Below, piece by piece: positions 51,359 to 55,407 of a stretch of DNA of 55,407 nt. Below the pieces are notes generated by a model. The model had not been told where the DNA came from. It saw only the letters and a list, made by a program, of their open reading frames with translations, and did not search any database. A program made the translations under genes and the position numbers. Position 1 is the stretch's first letter. Every line of letters begins with the position of its first letter. Source of the DNA: an uncultured virus (IMG/VR IMGVR_UViG_3300013382_000005) (lineage: Duplodnaviria; Heunggongvirae; Uroviricota; Caudoviricetes); IMG/VR virus record IMGVR_UViG_3300013382_000005; one strand, written 5' to 3'.

Positions 51359-51435
51359 TGGTCCAAATAGTGAGACTCGAACTCACGGCCTCTAGATCCC
51401 AAATCTAGCGTTCTAGCCAACTGAACTATATCTGG
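51359..51435 (-). tRNA. tRNA-Pro(TGG)
   Basis: CTAGA-TTTGGGA-TCTAG; CCA end. Confidence 0.93.
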
Positions 51436-51440
51436 ATATA

Positions 51441-51516
51441 TGGTGAACATGTCGGGAATCGAACCCGAGACATTATGATTAAAAGTCATATCCTCTACCA
51501 ACTGAGCTACATGTTC
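51441..51516 (-). tRNA. tRNA-Lys(TTT)
   Basis: TATGA-CTTTTAA-TCATA; CCA end. Confidence 0.95.
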
Positions 51517-51523
51517 ATTTAGA

Positions 51524-51652
51524 TGGTACTCCTATAGCTAGCTTAATAATTTTAATCCCATATAAAACTATTTTACTTTCAAATCCTATCCAGAGTCGAA
51601 CTGGAGTCTCTGCCGTGAAAGGGCAATGACTTAACCACTTGTCCATAGGAGC
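51524..51652 (-). tRNA. tRNA-Glu(TTC) with displaced 3' acceptor end
   Basis: TTGCC-CTTTCAC-GGCAG anticodon arm; the proper end ATAGGAGTACCA lies 48 nt beyond a first ATAGGA. Confidence 0.75.
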
Positions 51653-51764
51653 ATATATTGTGATTTTGTAAAGTGGCAGACTACGGGCGGTCTGCCAGCG
51701 CTAAATATTATATTCCAAAAGGTTTGCTTATCTAATAGTCTGTGTTTGTAATATTAATAAGCAA

Positions 51765-51840
51765 TGGAGCTTCGCGTCGGACTCTAACCGACAACCTACC
51801 GCTTACAAGGCGGTTGCGCTAACGATTGCGCCAGCGAAGC
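51765..51840 (-). tRNA. tRNA-Thr(TGT)
   Basis: ACCGC-CTTGTAA-GCGGT; variant T loop TTAGAGT; CCA end. Confidence 0.85.
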
Positions 51841-52061
51841 ATATATAGCCATTTCTGGCTATGTTATAAAAGTCCAATCGGTTTGTGCATTGCTAAAAGC
51901 AATTAAGCATGATTGGCTCTGTCCAAATTTTAAATACGGAAACGTCTTAGGCTATCTTTGGTTTTCGGATAGCCATCAGACGAAACCTCAGCTCGATCTA
52001 CACTAGGTCAGACGAGTAAAATAGGAAACTTCAAGCCGTAGGTCTTTGAAGTAATATCCTA

Positions 52062-52137
52062 TGATTGCAGATCGGGGAGTTGAACCCCGGTTGACGGGAT
52101 TATGAGCCCCGCTTGGAAACCAACATCCAGATCTGCA
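52062..52137 (-). tRNA. tRNA-Met(CAT), initiator-like, atypical D arm, ends ATCA
   Basis: CGGGG-CTCATAA-TCCCG; TGCAGAT/ATCTGCA acceptor stem. Confidence 0.75.
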
Positions 52138-52276
52138 ATATTGGGTTATTGTAATTATATATTACTATCACAAAATAATCTATATTATATCTTTAAAGAT
52201 ATAATTAAGAAAAAAATACTCCATAACTCTCCCTAGGAACAAAACTGTTGCACGATGTGCTAGAGCTACGGAGTAT

Positions 52277-52385
52277 CACAAGAAGCAGGATTCGAACCTA
52301 CAACTCAACCCCTTGAATTGATCAGAAACAATGATTGTTTGCGGGCGGCTAAGACCGCCGACTTTGCCAATTCGTCTATTCTTGT
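52277..52385 (-). ncRNA. tRNA-like RNA (Leu-TAG derived?) with 6-nt anticodon loop and a two-hairpin variable region
   Basis: ACAAGAA/TTCTTGT acceptor, GACGAATTGGCAAAGTC D arm, GGCGG-TCTTAG-CCGCC, GTAGGTTCGAATCCTGC T arm. Confidence 0.7.
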
Positions 52386-52388
52386 ATA

Positions 52389-52455
52389 TGCTAGTATCCG
52401 GATTTGAATCGAAAAAATATATCATATTCATTTTCTCAATTAAACTATATTAGCA
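52389..52455 (-). pseudogene. Eroded tRNA remnant
   Basis: GCTAATATAGTTTAATTG...CGATTCAAATCCGG-ATACTAGC: acceptor, D and T remnants only. Confidence 0.4.
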
Positions 52456-52469
52456 AATAATATAATAAC

Positions 52470-53177
52470 TTAGATTGAACTATTATACATATTGTTTTTA
52501 TAATCAGTAGATTTTCTTGATAGTTTGTGTTTATCGCAGCATCTACGCAATGTAGTAACTGAAATATTTAATATTTTAGCAGCCTTTTTAAAATTTCCTG
52601 CACATATATTTAATATTTTGAGTATTTGCTCTTTCGAATATATATCTGTCTTAAGAATAGTACTTTTTGATTGTTCCTTTTTTATTTTTCTTTCATTTGC
52701 TCTTTTTCTTATAGGATAATTAAAATCATTATTATGCCAATACAAACCAGTATTAATACCACAAATAGTATTCTCACTTACATTATATATGTTACCAATT
52801 TGCATATTTGTAAGTTTTGTTGTTTTTAACATAGTTATTATTTCATTCAATTTTTCATTATTTAATTTATCGAAATGACCATTATGATTCCCACCAGCAG
52901 TATTGTTATATCCATTTCGAAATGTATCAAATATGGATATATAATATTGTTCTTTGTTTAACAAATCATTTTGATTACAATGTTCTAATATTTCAAAGCT
53001 AAATGCGTTTAATCCATATTTTCTTATATCTTTATACAAATCCGAATTGTAAGTATAATATGTACTATAATTAATGCGTTTTTTATGGTCTTTCCATCTT
53101 CGTTCAATATTTGTTGACTGTCCAATATATGATTTATTATTAATTTGATTTGTTATTTTATAAATTCCACAAGACAT
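52470..53177 (-). CDS. Free-standing GIY-YIG homing endonuclease in the tRNA cluster
   Basis: GIYKITN..N.KSYIGQS.NIERRW..H, E.YYI, GYN.T.GG; C-terminal HTH-like segment. Confidence 0.9.
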   Translation of the reverse strand: MSCGIYKITNQINNKSYIGQSTNIERRWKDHKKRINYSTYYTYNSDLYKDIRKYGLNAFSFEILEHCNQNDLLNKEQYYISIFDTFRNGYNNTAGGNHNGHFDKLNNEKLNEIITMLKTTKLTNMQIGNIYNVSENTICGINTGLYWHNNDFNYPIRKRANERKIKKEQSKSTILKTDIYSKEQILKILNICAGNFKKAAKILNISVTTLRRCCDKHKLSRKSTDYKNNMYNSSI

Positions 53178-53224
53178 ATAAAAACCAATAATAATCCTTA
53201 ATATTTTAAATTATAATTAATTGA

Positions 53225-53299
53225 TGGCTGGGATGGCCAGATTCGAACTGGCGATTGCAAGAGTCAAAATCTTGTACCTTACCGCTTGGTGACATCCCA
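53225..53299 (-). tRNA. tRNA-Gln(TTG)
   Basis: CAAGA-TTTTGAC-TCTTG; GCCA end. Confidence 0.95.
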
Positions 53300-53354
53300 A
53301 TATGACAGCTATATAATTTATATATAACTGCCATTATTATATTATAGAAAGGTC

Positions 53355-53529
53355 AAGACACTATTTTAATAGGATGTCCTTGCCGGACTAATACTTTTTA
53401 TATGGTTGTTAAAAATATTGCTGTTAGTGTCTTTCTGATTTAAAAATTAATACACAAATTTACTAGACAAGAAGGTGATAACAATATTTATTAAAATCTT
53501 ATATTTACTTATATTGCAGAACTTGTCTA
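53355..53529 (-). repeat. Two tandem stem-closed RNAs with AGAC...C(A/T)GCAAT...GTCT motif (third copy at 50751-50807)
   Basis: AAGACACTA-ACAGCAAT...TAGTGTCTT and TAGACAAG-TTCTGCAAT...CTTGTCTA. Confidence 0.6.
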
Positions 53530-53541
53530 AAAATATATTAT

Positions 53542-55047
53542 TTAATATATAGCTACTTTAAAATCATATCTAGGCTTATCAATTGCTTCATACATAAGCT
53601 CAAGACCAGATTTACCAGTTAGAATAGAAGAGAATATGCTCGGACTGAGTCCAGACATATAACTTACATCTCCTTCTTCAAGAGACATAGGAATATTATT
53701 CTGTCTTGCATTTACATTCCAAAAAATAAGATGTGGCATCTTATATTTTGTCATGCACCATTTATCTTTTATATTTTCTATAAGAGTCTTTTCTGAAATT
53801 TTTGGACAATCTCTTGCTTCATCAAATTCCATATCTGAAATAATGATAAGATTCTCTGGCATATCTTTAGGATCTAAGTTATTCTTAATAGCAGTATTCA
53901 AAACCAAATCAAAAGTTGCTTCGATATTAGTATTGGCTACTTCCATATTTTTATAGAATATATTAACTTTATCCACAATATCAAGATTTTTATTGATTGT
54001 AATAAACCTAGGCGTATCAGAGAATGTTATAAAACAATCTGCAAAAGGACCATTATTCCTTTCTGCACAATAAATACCAAGTGATGATGCTACATCAAAT
54101 GGCATACCACACATAGATCCAGAAGTGTCTACTACTGCAATACCATTAAAAGTACAACCATTAAAATAGTCATTGAGGTTATTCCAATACTTATTCAGCA
54201 TCATTCTTTCATTATTATCAATCTCTCTGTATCGTAAACTAGGCACTTTATCTATAATCTCATATGGATAAAGAGTGCCAGCCTTAACCTTTGTATTTTT
54301 ATCAGAGATAAATTCTCTATACTTATCTCCAATGATTTCACTATTCATGAAAGCATTGCGATACTTAAACCCTGCACGGGATGGAATGGTAGCAAAATCA
54401 ATATCATTCCAGTCTCCCTGAGACATAGTAGTTTCTACAATCTTAATCTTCTTACGAAGTCTTGAAAGAGTAACTCTATATTCTCTCGGAGTCATACCAA
54501 AAGCCATACGTGTTTTACGCGCAAGTTCTCTTGATTCTTTAGAGCTTGTATTTTCGCTCTTAAGCCACTTGGCACAAAGAGATACTGGCTTATTATTTTT
54601 CAGTTCCTTAATATCATTCTGAATCGTGATATATAGATAACTAAACATTAACGATTCAAGCTGTGTATCTACAAATGCATACAGATCATCATATCTGCCT
54701 ATTGCAATTATTTCCTGAAATAGAAGCTCTGACTTACTTGCAATGTCTGATTCATAATATTCAGAATCTGCAAGCCATTTAAGACAAGTCTTAAAAAATC
54801 TTCTTTCACCCTGACCGCCTCTTATATCTCTGATATAAAAGAGACACTTAAGAGCCAGATCCAGATCTTCTGCGCAAGCATTCTTAAACATAATAAGAAT
54901 ATCTTCATCGGATCTTTCACGCATAGCTGAACCCATAGCAAACATATCATATACATTATTAAGTGTAGACTTATGTGTTAGCGCACCATTCTCAGTATAT
55001 GTATAATTTGTTGCTGAACGCATAGCGTTTTTGAAATTATTATTCAT
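53542..55047 (-). CDS. DUF2828-type Ro60/TROVE-like protein with C-terminal vWA domain
   Basis: TENGA, LFYIRDIRGGQGER, GRYDDL, AKWL, MIDAS DTSGSM, NTN, ISDMEFD, FWNV. Confidence 0.8.
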   Translation of the reverse strand: MNNNFKNAMRSATNYTYTENGALTHKSTLNNVYDMFAMGSAMRERSDEDILIMFKNACAEDLDLALKCLFYIRDIRGGQGERRFFKTCLKWLADSEYYESDIASKSELLFQEIIAIGRYDDLYAFVDTQLESLMFSYLYITIQNDIKELKNNKPVSLCAKWLKSENTSSKESRELARKTRMAFGMTPREYRVTLSRLRKKIKIVETTMSQGDWNDIDFATIPSRAGFKYRNAFMNSEIIGDKYREFISDKNTKVKAGTLYPYEIIDKVPSLRYREIDNNERMMLNKYWNNLNDYFNGCTFNGIAVVDTSGSMCGMPFDVASSLGIYCAERNNGPFADCFITFSDTPRFITINKNLDIVDKVNIFYKNMEVANTNIEATFDLVLNTAIKNNLDPKDMPENLIIISDMEFDEARDCPKISEKTLIENIKDKWCMTKYKMPHLIFWNVNARQNNIPMSLEEGDVSYMSGLSPSIFSSILTGKSGLELMYEAIDKPRYDFKVAIY

Positions 55048-55102
55048 TTGTAAAATTCCTCTCTGTTTTTATTTTCAAAAAATAGAAAGAGCAAGACGGC
55101 TT

Positions 55103-55406
55103 GTCAGCTGCTCACGATTAAAATCACGAGCTTGTAACTAAAGTATTTTTATTCTACAAAAATTGCAGAATCGAAGTTCAAACGAAATTAAATTCTCCTT
55201 CGTTTCTGCTACATCGTCGGGTGACTGACTGCACCCGTTTCTTACCTAGAATATATCCAAGTAATGTTATTTCTTAATACAAATCTATATTTTTCTCTTA
55301 AATTAGTGTCTTAAATTCTTACATTCAACGGTTCTCTAATTTAAAAATAGATTTATATTTTAAATATTTCATCTCATCATTAAAATAACAAGTATCCATA
55401 TTTTAT
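55103..55406 (-). mobile_element. ORF-less IS200/IS605-like element, copy 2
   Basis: Colinear near-duplicate of 22571-22883 with different flanks. Confidence 0.75.
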
Positions 55407-55407
55407 G

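Noticed and set aside
51935..51995. Hammerhead ribozyme suggested by GACGAAAC / CTGATG
   Set aside because: The CUGANGA and GAAA core elements are not on the same strand in the required arrangement.
52277..52385. Ochre (TTA) suppressor tRNA
   Set aside because: The loop is 6 nt and cannot present a canonical anticodon; TAA is the main stop codon here.
145..53956. Numerous plus-strand ORFs in the track (e.g. 8283-8837, 21963-22478, 23355-23738)
   Set aside because: Antisense shadows of well-supported minus-strand genes, with no SD or motifs.
1..55407. CRISPR array
   Set aside because: No regularly spaced direct repeats with unique spacers were seen.

Overview
AT-rich segment of a large (jumbo-type) bacteriophage genome, probably infecting a Firmicute/Clostridia host. 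Almost all genes lie on the minus strand and use the standard code. It holds a replication/recombination block (SF2 helicase, UvrD, Sak/Rad52, RecA, GyrA/GyrB, two SSBs, HU, ClpX, DNA ligase), a nucleotide-metabolism block (NrdD/NrdG, ThyX, dUTPase, guanylate kinase), cell-wall enzymes, and a tRNA/ncRNA cluster ending at a DUF2828 (Ro60/TROVE-like, vWA) gene. Many ORFs in the track are fragments. Manual reconstruction gives nine group I introns with exact in-frame U|...G| junctions: recA x1, gyrA x1, gyrB x3, nrdD x4. Three carry HNH endonucleases. One is a full IS605-type IStron (TTGAT target, tnpA + tnpB). One is a site-adapted intron carrying only an IS607-type TnpB/omega-RNA with a RuvC-II E-to-K change. 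A third TnpB element sits 5 nt into thyX and appears to restore it with an in-frame start running through its own right end. Two ~310-nt ORF-less IS200/IS605-like elements, a type I toxin-like transcript, abnormal tRNA-like genes and repeated hairpin RNAs near the Ro60-like gene are also present. All calls come from reading motifs by eye; no database searches were run.
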